From the NCBI GenBank assembly GCA_046757025.1, contig JBHHXN010000046.1:1-33473 (forward strand): a DNA stretch of 33,473 bases. Reading direction: 5' to 3'. The DNA is from a bacterium. Lineage in GTDB: Bacteria > Zhuqueibacterota > Zhuqueibacteria > Oceanimicrobiales > Oceanimicrobiaceae. The position numbers and the translations under genes were made by a program. The notes under the pieces were generated by a model. The model ran no database searches. It saw only the letters and a program-made list of their open reading frames with translations, and was not told the DNA's origin. Numbering within the stretch: the stretch's first letter is position 1; every line of letters begins with the position of its first letter. Below, piece after piece: positions 1 through 8,825 of this stretch.

Positions 1-86
1 ATAGACAAGCCTACTCTGGAATTCCTTTTTGCGAATTTCGCTTTTCGGTTTGCGGTTTTTCGCTGCATTAGGATTTCTTCAATGTC

Positions 87-188
87 AATTTTTAGGAGTC
101 CTGATGGAGAGACCATCTCAATCATTTGAAATGCATCAGAACTCCTCAAAATTCAAAACCTTCCAGGTCTTGAAGATCTGGAAGGTTT
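87..188. repeat. Two adjacent stem-loops (REP-like / possible terminator) downstream of the large secreted protein gene
   Basis: Imperfect IR AATTTTTAGGAGTCCTGATG (87-106) / CATCAGAACTCCTCAAAATT (134-153). Hairpin AAACCTTCCAG (156-166) / CTGGAAGGTTT (178-188) lies 6 bp beyond the stop codon at 194. Confidence 0.6.
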
Positions 189-193
189 CAGAG

Positions 194-3100
194 CTACTTC
201 AACAGCAACATGCGCTTGGACATGATAAATTTGTCGCTGGCTTTCATCTGGAAAATATAGATACCTGAGGCGACCTGACGTCCAAACTGATCTTTCCCAT
301 CCCACTTTATCGAATAGATGCCCGCAGGCTGTTCTTTATCGACTAAGGTGATGATTTCCTGGCCCAGTACGTTGAATATTTTCAGCGTGACATTGGACAG
401 TTCAGAAAGCTGATATTTAATTTGTGTTTCTGGATTGAATGGGTTAGGATAATTCTGGAACAGATCGAAGTTATCGGGCGCGGTGCTAAGACTTTGACCG
501 TCTTCCACACTGGTGACGTTGTCCGTGGCCAGACTCATATTGACGCCGGAAGCATCCTGACCGTTGCCCACGCTTACGGCCGCTGCGTTGTCAGCATTGG
601 AACCGCCGTGGTAAGCATCAGCGTATCCCACACCTGTGGCTTCAATTTTATAGGTGCCGGCAGGCAGTCCCGAAAGAATATATTTTCCATCCGCATCGGT
701 GACGGCATTAAACTGTATTTCGTTATCCGCACGGGCTTGCACCAGAATGCCTTCAATGGGGGCGTTGGTTTCCTGCGACACTATTTGACCGCTGACGGCA
801 TAAATACCGTGTCCGCCTTTCGGAGCGAGACCAAAATCGATGCCATTGGTTACCACTCCAGCATGCACGAACACCGGATCGGCATTGCGGAACCGATGCG
901 CATCTTTGTAGAATTCGCCAATAAATCCATCGGCCCAGGCAAACACAAAATACTTTCCGGGCGGCAAATCTGTTAATTCATAATGTCCATGCGGCCCGGT
1001 AAAGGTAATGTACGGGAAACGAGTTCTTGGCGACACGGCTACAATCACTGCGCCTTCCAGCGGCGCATGGTCTTCATCAGAGAAAACCACGCCTGCAATG
1101 GTTCCTCGTTTCGGTATGAACCTGTTCAGAAAGAAATCGATGCTATCGGTTTCAGCAGGGGCGGTCACTGGCACCGGCGTGGCATTTTTTCTGCGATGAA
1201 CGTTGTTGTAATATTCCGGGAAATACCCCTTTGCGATAACCTGCACAATGTATTCCCCGGTTGGCAAGCCGCCAATTCGGTATTTGCCATCTTCGTGCGT
1301 GTAGGCGCGTCGATACAATCTCACATTCACACCCCAAACCTGCACCAGTGCTCGGGGGATTGGCATGCTGTCTCGTTCTGCCGCCACAAATCCTGAGATC
1401 GCCCCGCCAACTTCAAGTGTGAAGTTGATCTCTTCTACCACAGCGCCATCCTCAACGCCGACCATTTTTGCACCGTCTTTTGCGGGCGACTCCTCGAAAA
1501 ATTCCGGCAGATATCCTTCTGCCACCGCACGCACCAAATATTTGCCCGAAGGCACGTTTTCGATCAAATATTTTCCCGAAGAATCGGTTTTTGCACGATA
1601 ACCCACTAAACTGTTGGCCGCATCCAGTAACACGTTTTCCTTGAATGCTTCCACCAGAGCGCCGTAAATGGGTTCGCCGGTAACTTGATCCTTCACAACA
1701 CCGGTGATCGCACCGCGCGGGGTAAGCTCAAAATCGATACCTACCGTGTGCGAATCCGGAAATACGTGCACCATGGTGGCTTCTCGAAGATTGCGGGCAT
1801 CATCGTAAAATTCGCCGTTAAAACCTCGGGCAGAGGCGTAAACATAGTACGCACCCTGACGGATTTGTACGATGTATTCGCCGTTTTCATTGGTGCGGGT
1901 CTCGCGGTAAATTTTGTGATGGAATGCCAAAACCGGCCCGATAAATACGCGAATGCGCGCATTGGCGATAGGGGTGCCGTCCACGCTGTTTTTAACGACG
2001 CCCAGAATCGCACTGGAGGTGGCCAGCTCAAAATCCGTGCTGTCGCGTGTGGTACCTTCCACGATATTTAACAATTCAGCGTCTTCGAAGCGATGTGCAT
2101 CATCGTAATATTCACCTTTGTACCCTACCGCGTTGGCTTTCACGATGTACGTACCCTGCGGCAGACCGTCGATGATGTACGAGCCATCTTCTCCGGTTAG
2201 CGTATTGTGTGTAATTCGATGATTCACTCTTAGAAAGGCCACCACATGGGCATGCGGTAAAGGTAGGCTGTCTTCATCTGCGACCACGGTGCCGACGATT
2301 TTACCGCCTTCATTGAGCCCAAAGTTTTTATCCGTCAGGGAATCGCCTTCAGCAATTCTTAAAACCGTAGCTTCGGTATATTTCCGGGTGTTATCAAAAA
2401 ATTCACGGATATAACCTTCGGCTTTTGCGATCAAAACGTAGTCACCTGGAATCAACTCCTCAATGACATAATTGCCGTCGGCGTCGGTTTTGGCTTTACC
2501 CACCCAGTGAATCCGACCAAGCCGTATGGCTTTTATTTTAGCTCCTTCAAGTGGCAGACCACTGTCATCGTCCACTACGTTACCCGAGATGGCCCCCGAA
2601 GCCGGCGGACTGACAACGACTTTCGCTGCACCGCGAAAAGTCAGACCGTCGATTTGGACATACGCAACCACGCGCCCCTGACCCACTTCACTGCCAGCGG
2701 TAAACAATCCATCGTCCGTGATGGTGCCAAGATCATGTGGCCGCACTTCCCACCGGACACGCTCGGGCCGAACTTTTTTGTCACGGTAATTGTAAACGAC
2801 GACTTTAAATTGTTTATTTGTGTTAACGGGAACTACAGCAAAATCAGGTACGACTTTTACTCTAAAATGTGGTTTTGGCAAACGGCCAATGATAATGGTG
2901 ATGATTTTAACGAATTTACGATTTTTGATGAAAATGGTCGCCTCGATTTCGGCTTTTCCGATATATTTGCCAGCAACAAAATAACCGTCATCTGTAATGG
3001 TTCCAATTGAATCTGGTGCCATTCTCCATTTTACATCATCGATATCGATGGGCTTTTTAACCCCATCCATGGTAAAGGCAAATACTTCGAGCTGAATGCT

Positions 3101-3232
3101 GCCGCCGGGTTCGATTTCCACTTCATCCGGAGTTACGAGTACATCGATATCTTGCGCAAAGGCGGGTTGAAAGAATGCAGTGCATAAAATAAACACCATC
3201 AAGATGGTTTTAATTGATCTAAGTGTTATCAT
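194..3232 (-). CDS. Large secreted repeat protein: signal peptide, 2 Ig-like domains, 7 carboxypeptidase-regulatory-like (transthyretin/CnaB-like) repeats, C-terminal Por/T9SS type A sorting (FlgD-Ig-like) domain
   Basis: ATG at 3232 with GGAGG 7 nt upstream; signal peptide ending AFA-Q. Seven ~98-aa repeats G-x-I-x-G-x-V...P-[LI]-x-x-A...G-x-Y-x-[IL]-x-x-L-x-x-G-x-Y...EFY..A..A...DF-x-L. C-terminus FDLFQNYPNPFNPETQIKYQL...WDGKDQFGRQVASGIYIFQM...KRMLLLK. Confidence 0.9.
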   Translation of the reverse strand: MITLRSIKTILMVFILCTAFFQPAFAQDIDVLVTPDEVEIEPGGSIQLEVFAFTMDGVKKPIDIDDVKWRMAPDSIGTITDDGYFVAGKYIGKAEIEATIFIKNRKFVKIITIIIGRLPKPHFRVKVVPDFAVVPVNTNKQFKVVVYNYRDKKVRPERVRWEVRPHDLGTITDDGLFTAGSEVGQGRVVAYVQIDGLTFRGAAKVVVSPPASGAISGNVVDDDSGLPLEGAKIKAIRLGRIHWVGKAKTDADGNYVIEELIPGDYVLIAKAEGYIREFFDNTRKYTEATVLRIAEGDSLTDKNFGLNEGGKIVGTVVADEDSLPLPHAHVVAFLRVNHRITHNTLTGEDGSYIIDGLPQGTYIVKANAVGYKGEYYDDAHRFEDAELLNIVEGTTRDSTDFELATSSAILGVVKNSVDGTPIANARIRVFIGPVLAFHHKIYRETRTNENGEYIVQIRQGAYYVYASARGFNGEFYDDARNLREATMVHVFPDSHTVGIDFELTPRGAITGVVKDQVTGEPIYGALVEAFKENVLLDAANSLVGYRAKTDSSGKYLIENVPSGKYLVRAVAEGYLPEFFEESPAKDGAKMVGVEDGAVVEEINFTLEVGGAISGFVAAERDSMPIPRALVQVWGVNVRLYRRAYTHEDGKYRIGGLPTGEYIVQVIAKGYFPEYYNNVHRRKNATPVPVTAPAETDSIDFFLNRFIPKRGTIAGVVFSDEDHAPLEGAVIVAVSPRTRFPYITFTGPHGHYELTDLPPGKYFVFAWADGFIGEFYKDAHRFRNADPVFVHAGVVTNGIDFGLAPKGGHGIYAVSGQIVSQETNAPIEGILVQARADNEIQFNAVTDADGKYILSGLPAGTYKIEATGVGYADAYHGGSNADNAAAVSVGNGQDASGVNMSLATDNVTSVEDGQSLSTAPDNFDLFQNYPNPFNPETQIKYQLSELSNVTLKIFNVLGQEIITLVDKEQPAGIYSIKWDGKDQFGRQVASGIYIFQMKASDKFIMSKRMLLLK

Positions 3233-3305
3233 GTTCAAACCTCCATGAAAGCAATTCAAATTGTTGTTGATTTTCTGGTTAAATAAAATTACATTAATTA
3301 ATCTG

Positions 3306-3319
3306 AAGTAACGTTACTT
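3306..3319. promoter_or_regulatory. Perfect 14-bp palindrome, possible operator
   Basis: AAGTAACGTTACTT, ~75 bp upstream of the 3232 start codon; central AACGTT resembles LacI-family operators. Confidence 0.35.
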
Positions 3320-3358
3320 TCAACTGCCCAAATTTTACTACACAATATCATCTGACTC

Positions 3359-3459
3359 AGCCCCGTCTATTTCGAAACCATTCCATGGGCCTAAAAGGTT
3401 TCAATGCCAAGGGCGGGGCTTTTTGTTTAAGGTTATTTGTGGCAACTCACCTCCTTTCT
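3359..3459 (-). promoter_or_regulatory. Intercistronic structured RNA element with an orphan extended Shine-Dalgarno
   Basis: Minus strand AGAAAGGAGGTGA (3447-3459). Stem AGCCCCG (3359-3365)/CGGGGCT (3414-3420) with inner stem GAAACC (3374-3379)/GGTTTC (3397-3402). Confidence 0.5.
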
Positions 3460-3469
3460 TCATTTGTGA

Positions 3470-4990
3470 TCAATTTTTGGGTAACCCTTTTAAGCTTTTT
3501 CTTACCAATTCGAAGGCAACTTGAATGCCTTCTTCGGCAGCGCTCAGGTTGCCTTTTTGCAGGGCTTGCACCACGAATTGCCGAATCTCTTTCGCCCCCT
3601 CTAACATGCGTTGATTCCATTCCTGTCCGGATGCACTGATTCGTTTTTCTGCCTCGGTAATAGCCTGATCCAACTGACTTAAGCGCTGTTGAATTTTTCT
3701 CAGGGACACCGCTGTCGTTTCATGAGCATTTAAAAGTCTTTCTGCTCTGGAAAGAAATTTTTGAGCAGCCAAAACCGATTCCAGCGCGAAACGAACGTGT
3801 CCGGTTCTTGAAGCCTGTTCCGCTCTGGCAATGGCAAATTCAGCCATATTCAGCAGTACCAGGATATCTTTGGATACGTCGGCTGCCATCTGGCTTTTCA
3901 TTTCAGCCATATCGCTTTTTGCATTCTCGATTTCTTGAGCAATCCGTCTTGAAAGGCCGGGCCGGTCTTTATTTTCTGCCAATCTCCTCGCTTGTACAAT
4001 CATATTTTCAGCCAATTCAATTTTCCACATGGCTTCGTGCGCGTGGCCGTTTTTAGCCGCTAATTCGGCTTCGCTGGCGAATCGCCGGGCTCTTTCAAAT
4101 AATATTTTTGCTCTTTGATTGTCGGATTGTTGAATACCCTCTCGGGCACTATCAATATGTTCACGAAGCCGGAACAACGCCGCTTCCACGTGACTTACCG
4201 ATGCCGGTGTATCTCCCTTTGCAATATCCATCGCTCTCAATAACAATAAAACACTTTGATTGTAGAATTTTTTGGCCAATTGAAAATTGCCATTTCTAAC
4301 AGACTCTTCAGCCGAAATGGCCAATTTTATGGCTTGATCATAAATTTGTTTGGCACGAACATCCCGACTCTTTACGATGAGATCGTGTGCCCGATCCTTT
4401 AAAATCTCGAATTTTCGTTTTTCTTCTAAAATACGATCCAGGGTGGAAGAATTGGCCTTGTGTACCATGTCCAAAGCTTTATCTACCTGATTCAACGCAA
4501 CACGAAAAAGCTCAATGGCTTTGCGCACGTGCTGATTCGCCAGGGCTCTTTCTGCGGCATCGCGATTGGCTTTGGCCTGCCGCAGAATCCGTTCAGCTTC
4601 TTTGTACTGCCGCCCCTGAATCTCATGTTCAGCTTTGCGCAGTTTTTCTTCCAGACGGCTTCGCCATCTTCGCACCGGTCCGTCCAGTGTGATTTTGACA
4701 GCTTGCTCGAGTATGGAAAAGGCCACTTTAATTTTATTGCTGGCTACCCCAAATTTTTTGTTTTGAATTGCCTGAACTGCTTCGTTTCTCAACGTTTCCG
4801 CTCTTAAAACCAGATCCCAGGCTTTGGTATTTTTGAAAGTATGCACGATTTCCCTAACCAATTTCAGATCACGATCAAGCTTTTCAATGGCACGAACAAC
4901 TTCGTTGGGGGTTTGACTCCAGGAAAGGTCGGGAATGAGGAAGCTGCAAGCTATCAAAACAATGACAAATTTTGCTGACAATCTGAACAT
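3470..4990 (-). CDS. Exported all-alpha-helical repeat protein of unknown function (506 aa, six ~80-aa repeats)
   Basis: Long ORF, AGGA RBS, Sec-type signal peptide (MFRLSAKFVIVLIACSFLIPDLSWS-Q). Ala/Glu/Lys/Arg/Leu-rich, with recurring A-x-x-L-x-x-x-A...A-E-x-A-x-x-x-G-[HN]-x-x-x-A pattern. Confidence 0.85.
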   Translation of the reverse strand: MFRLSAKFVIVLIACSFLIPDLSWSQTPNEVVRAIEKLDRDLKLVREIVHTFKNTKAWDLVLRAETLRNEAVQAIQNKKFGVASNKIKVAFSILEQAVKITLDGPVRRWRSRLEEKLRKAEHEIQGRQYKEAERILRQAKANRDAAERALANQHVRKAIELFRVALNQVDKALDMVHKANSSTLDRILEEKRKFEILKDRAHDLIVKSRDVRAKQIYDQAIKLAISAEESVRNGNFQLAKKFYNQSVLLLLRAMDIAKGDTPASVSHVEAALFRLREHIDSAREGIQQSDNQRAKILFERARRFASEAELAAKNGHAHEAMWKIELAENMIVQARRLAENKDRPGLSRRIAQEIENAKSDMAEMKSQMAADVSKDILVLLNMAEFAIARAEQASRTGHVRFALESVLAAQKFLSRAERLLNAHETTAVSLRKIQQRLSQLDQAITEAEKRISASGQEWNQRMLEGAKEIRQFVVQALQKGNLSAAEEGIQVAFELVRKSLKGLPKN

Positions 4991-5034
4991 AACTCAATCC
5001 TATTTTAAAACGCGTTTTATTCAAACCGATTTTG

Positions 5035-5049
5035 GCAATCCCTGTGCCA
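5035..5049 (-). promoter_or_regulatory. sigma54 (RpoN) -24/-12 promoter
   Basis: Minus strand TGGCAC-AGGGA-TTGC, an exact match to TGGCAC-N5-TTGC, 45 bp upstream of the 4990 start codon and next to a sigma54 activator gene. Confidence 0.85.
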
Positions 5050-5157
5050 CACTTTTATTCATTGTTGCTTATTAAGTATTAGTTTCTGATATTTAATCAG
5101 TTAGGAATGTTTTATTTGATTCCAGAAAGGCAATTCAAGAAGCCGGCCTGATAATTT

Positions 5158-5197
5158 TGTACCGTAGAGTACAATTACAAATGTACACAACGGTACA
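5158..5197. promoter_or_regulatory. Tandem palindromic upstream activator sequences (bEBP binding sites)
   Basis: TGTAC-CGTAGA-GTACA (5158-5173) and TGTAC-ACAACG-GTACA (5182-5197): same 5-6-5 palindrome, 24-bp period, ~110-150 bp upstream of the sigma54 promoter with an AT-rich spacer between. Confidence 0.7.
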
Positions 5198-5291
5198 CTA
5201 TATCAAACATCGATTCGATTTTATTAATACTTGAATAAATAGAATGAAACTTGCATTTTCTCCTGAACGTGTTGGGGAGGGTAAGACACTG

Positions 5292-5364
5292 GGTGTTCAG
5301 GCTTTAGAGCCTGTGTGAAAAAGTGTTCTCGCCCCTCACTCCCACAAACTAAAGCTTGAACACC
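5292..5364. repeat. REP-like inverted pair interrupted by a MITE end
   Basis: GGTGTTCAGGCTTTAG (5292-5307) / CTAAAGCTTGAACACC (5349-5364). GAGCCTGTGTGAAAA (5307-5321) is identical to the terminal repeat of the MITE at 21469-21648. Confidence 0.6.
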
Positions 5365-5409
5365 GCCATTGCCACCATTGTGAATCGCACAATTTAAGCG
5401 AAAGTAAAA

Positions 5410-6759
5410 TTAAAACGCCCCCAATCTCTCCATCATAGAATAGAGTTTTCGGCGGGTGATCCCCAGCATTTTGGCGGCCTTGCTTTTGTTGCCGCCGGCT
5501 TTGGTCAAAGCGTTCTTTATCATGTTGATTTCCATCTGTTCCAGGGAGAGCCCTTCGTTGGGCAGTTCCATGGTGTCGCTGCTGGCGAAAGTGGGTGTTT
5601 GCCGGATGTGCGGCGGCAGATCTGCTTCTCGAATTACGTTGTCACTGGACATGATCAGCGCTCGTTCGATGATGTTTTCCAACTCGCGCACGTTGCCAGC
5701 CCAGTCGTATTTTATGATTCGTTCCAGAGCATTGCGTTCGATGGCTTCTTCGGTTTGACCAAATTTTTTAAGAAAATGTGTCACCAGCTCCGGGATGTCC
5801 TCTTTTCGCTCCCGCAGCGGCGGCAAAGTGATGGGAAATACGTTGATGCGGTAGTAAAGGTCTTCTCGAAATTGTCCGTTTTTCAGCGCCTCTTCTAAAT
5901 TGCGATTGGTGGCAGCAATGGTGCGGGCTTTTATCTGGATGGTTTTGGTTCCGCCCAGCCGCTCAATTTGCCGGTTTTGCAGCACACGCAAAAGTTTGAT
6001 TTGAGTCGATGGGGAAACCTCGCCTATTTCATCAAGAAAAATGGTGCCACCGCCGGCCAATTCAAACCGACCGGGTTTCATTTTATCGGCGCCGGTGAAC
6101 GCGCCTTTTTCGTGGCCAAATAGCTCGCTTTCCAGCAGGTTATCCGGCAAAGCGCCACAGTTTACTGCGATAAACGGTTCGGCAGCCCGGGGACTCAAAT
6201 TGTGAATGGCCAGCGCCACCAGCTCTTTTCCCGTGCCGCTCTCACCGCGTATCAAAACCGTGGCATCGGTTGGCGCCACTTTTTCGACCATTTTATAAAC
6301 TTCCTGCATAAGGCCGCTATTACCCACCATGTTTTCAAGCGAGTACTTGCTTTTGAGCTGCTTTTTAAGCAGCACGTTTTCCTCGGTTAGCTGTCGTTTC
6401 TCCATGATGTGCCGCACTTTCAGTTTCAGCTCATCCATCTCAAATGGCTTGATGATGTAATCATACGCTCCTTTTTTCATGGCCTCGACCGCGTTTTGCG
6501 CCGTAGCATAAGCGGTCATCATGATAACCTCGGTTTTGGGAGACTGCTTTTTGACTTTCTCCAAAACAAAAAGCCCGTCCTTACCCGGCATTTTCAAATC
6601 GGTGATCACCAAATCAAACGGCTGCGCGTTGAACCGCTCCAAGCCGGTTTCGGCATTTTCCGCGGTGGTGACTTTGTGACCGTCTGGTTCCAGAGCAAAT
6701 TTCAGAACTTTGCACATTTTCGGTTCATCATCGATGATCAGGATATTCCCTTTTAGCAT
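5410..6759 (-). CDS. sigma54-dependent two-component response regulator (NtrC/AtoC/ZraR family)
   Basis: REC domain (IIDDE, DLKMP), AAA+ Walker [15 protein letters not shown] loop, [18 protein letters not shown]-terminal Fis-type HTH ([18 protein letters not shown]). Confidence 0.95.
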   Translation of the reverse strand: MLKGNILIIDDEPKMCKVLKFALEPDGHKVTTAENAETGLERFNAQPFDLVITDLKMPGKDGLFVLEKVKKQSPKTEVIMMTAYATAQNAVEAMKKGAYDYIIKPFEMDELKLKVRHIMEKRQLTEENVLLKKQLKSKYSLENMVGNSGLMQEVYKMVEKVAPTDATVLIRGESGTGKELVALAIHNLSPRAAEPFIAVNCGALPDNLLESELFGHEKGAFTGADKMKPGRFELAGGGTIFLDEIGEVSPSTQIKLLRVLQNRQIERLGGTKTIQIKARTIAATNRNLEEALKNGQFREDLYYRINVFPITLPPLRERKEDIPELVTHFLKKFGQTEEAIERNALERIIKYDWAGNVRELENIIERALIMSSDNVIREADLPPHIRQTPTFASSDTMELPNEGLSLEQMEINMIKNALTKAGGNKSKAAKMLGITRRKLYSMMERLGAF

Positions 6760-6863
6760 AACAAATAACCCCGTTGTTGGATATTTTGGTATTTGTATAA
6801 TAATTTAATTTTATTCATCTGGAAATTCTAAATACCTTTAATGATTTCAAAATGAAAAGTATT

Positions 6864-6924
6864 AAATGCAAAGTGTAAAATTAATAAATCGAAGCGCTTT
6901 TGTATTTTACAACTCTTTGCATTT
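6864..6924. repeat. AT-rich imperfect inverted repeat between kinase and regulator genes
   Basis: AAATGCAAAGTGTAAAAT (6864-6881) / ATTTTACAACTCTTTGCATTT (6904-6924). Confidence 0.4.
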
Positions 6925-6968
6925 TTTATTTTAACCACACCAGATTTCGTTTGATTGTTTCCAAATGA

Positions 6969-8363
6969 TTACTCAACAGATGCCGGCAAATGAAAACGCA
7001 TGGTAGTGCCCTGTTTTTTTTTGCTTTCTACTTCGATCCAGCCCTGGTGTTTTTCGATGAGCCGTTTGCAAATGGCCAGTCCCAATCCGCTGCCGGAGGT
7101 TTTGGTGGTGAAAAACGGTTCAAATATTTGTTCTGGATCGCCTTCAAACCCGCAGCCGGTGTCCTGTACCGCCACCGCCACCAACGGCTTGCCTTTTTTG
7201 GTTTCGTTATGCAAGCGTATGCGCAATTCCCCGCCGCCATTCATGGACTGAATGGCGTTGAGGATGAGATTTAACATTACCTGCCCGACAGCGTCTTCGT
7301 CATGAATGACTTTCTCTAACGCTTCGGTTTCAAAAGACAATTTCACCTGAGCTTGTTTGATTTCTTCTTCCAGCGTGCTCAGGGTCTTTTCCACGGTTTT
7401 TTGCAGATCCGTGGCATTGGCTTCCAGTTCGCGGTCCCTGGCAAACGCCAAAAAGTCGCTCACCAGTCGATTCAAGCGGCGCACTTCACTGGGAATAAAT
7501 TCGAACAGCTCATCGGGTTCTTCTTTGGATTCGTACTTGGATTGCAGAACGTCGGCGGTGCTTTTGATGATGCCCAGCGGATTGCGAATTTCATGCGCCA
7601 CCGTCGCCGCCATTTGCCCCATGGCCGCCAACCGTTCGGTTTTGCGCAGCGATTCATTGGTTTTGATCAGCAATTGAATTGCCCAAAAAAGAAATACCGA
7701 AAACAAAACCGCCAGCGCCACGCTCACCAAACCGCCAAAAATCAAACCTCTCTGAAACACTCGCAGGAGATCAAAAAAATCGGCGCTTGCCTGCACCACC
7801 ACGATGGCCGCTACGTCGCCCAGCGAGCCAAACACCGGCGCATAGGCGTTTTTAAATCGATTGCCCGCCACGAGCTGCAGCGGCGCTGCTACCGCGATCC
7901 CGGACAGGGCTTGATCTAATGCGAGACTGTCCTCTTCCACAAAAGTCAATCGGTCGCCAAAGGTGAAAATGTCCGGGCTCGCCGCCAGGGTGCGGTAAAA
8001 TTTATCCACCAGATATACCCCCTGCAATTGATTGTCCTGGTGTACCTGCCGCAAATCGTGCTGTAACGAAGATAAAATAAACTCCAGATTGTCCGATTCC
8101 AGGTAGTACGAAAAATCTTTGGCCGCGATGATATTTGACGTTAAAGTCGCCACAGATCGCAAACGCGTTCCTAATTCTTTTTCTAAAAACAATTCCATGT
8201 TTTGCAGAAATTTCCAGCTTCCCAGGATAAATCCGAACAAAATCATCACCGTGAGCGCCACGATACCGATGACCATGACTTTACGCCGGCGCAGCAGTTT
8301 TTCATCCAGATTGGCCGGCGCTCCGGTTTGCTTTTTTATTTTTCGCCAAATATTTCCAGCCAC
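6969..8363 (-). CDS. Membrane sensor histidine kinase (2 TM, periplasmic sensor, HisKA, HATPase_c)
   Basis: H-box AHEIRNPL, N-box NLILNAIQSM, G1 DTGCG, F-box IFEPFFTTK, G2 GSGLGL; two hydrophobic helices flank a ~150-aa periplasmic domain. GTG start overlaps the upstream gene. Confidence 0.93.
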   Translation of the reverse strand: MAGNIWRKIKKQTGAPANLDEKLLRRRKVMVIGIVALTVMILFGFILGSWKFLQNMELFLEKELGTRLRSVATLTSNIIAAKDFSYYLESDNLEFILSSLQHDLRQVHQDNQLQGVYLVDKFYRTLAASPDIFTFGDRLTFVEEDSLALDQALSGIAVAAPLQLVAGNRFKNAYAPVFGSLGDVAAIVVVQASADFFDLLRVFQRGLIFGGLVSVALAVLFSVFLFWAIQLLIKTNESLRKTERLAAMGQMAATVAHEIRNPLGIIKSTADVLQSKYESKEEPDELFEFIPSEVRRLNRLVSDFLAFARDRELEANATDLQKTVEKTLSTLEEEIKQAQVKLSFETEALEKVIHDEDAVGQVMLNLILNAIQSMNGGGELRIRLHNETKKGKPLVAVAVQDTGCGFEGDPEQIFEPFFTTKTSGSGLGLAICKRLIEKHQGWIEVESKKKQGTTMRFHLPASVE

Positions 8364-8818
8364 TTGGCTAATTCCTCCTGAGAAAGTTCTTTATCGAACT
8401 TTTGATAAAATTCATCCTGAACAGATTTTTTCGACAAGCGGTCGTAGAAGTCCAGCGTTGAAATCACATGCGCCTGATGGGCTTTCGCGAATTGCTTGAT
8501 CTCAGCATCATCGCTGACCACCAGCACGCTTTTTTTCCTGGGCGCCTTGGCAATGAGATTTTTGATGAGCGGATCTGCTTTGAAAGGCGGTCGCGAAAAA
8601 ATCACCTTCAATGAACGAAAGTATGATTGAGAATCGATTCCTAGTGGCGGACTGCAACCGTCAAAAACCAGCGTGATTTTAACTTTTTTGTTGAGCAGAT
8701 AGGTTTTCAACTGCTGAATCAACGCCTCGCGTGCGGCTTCCAGACTTTCGGCCAGGTGCTGGCTGAGCCGCGGCACCCGGTGAATCAGGTTGTAGCCATC
8801 AATGATGATTTGGTCCAT
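8336..8818 (-). CDS. NYN-domain (YacP/Rae1-like, PIN fold) putative ribonuclease
   Basis: Motifs IIIDGYNLIH, LVFDG, ADPLI, VVSDD typical of NYN_YacP. Confidence 0.85.
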   Translation of the reverse strand: MDQIIIDGYNLIHRVPRLSQHLAESLEAAREALIQQLKTYLLNKKVKITLVFDGCSPPLGIDSQSYFRSLKVIFSRPPFKADPLIKNLIAKAPRKKSVLVVSDDAEIKQFAKAHQAHVISTLDFYDRLSKKSVQDEFYQKFDKELSQEELAKWLEIFGEK

Positions 8819-8825
8819 GACAAAC

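Noticed and set aside
1..68. Open minus-strand frame MQRKTANRKAKFAKRNSRVGLS running off the window
   Set aside because: Too short to assess and no clear RBS; may be the leader of a gene outside the window.
29..268. 79-aa plus-strand ORF
   Set aside because: Runs through two hairpin repeats and antisense to the end of a real gene; no RBS or motif.
422..3010. Several 60-184 aa ORFs overlapping the large secreted protein gene (and similar ones over other genes)
   Set aside because: Antisense or alternative-frame shadows of well-supported genes, with no recognisable motifs.
3385..3639. 84-aa plus-strand ORF
   Set aside because: Antisense to the helical protein gene and the structured intergenic element; no supporting features.
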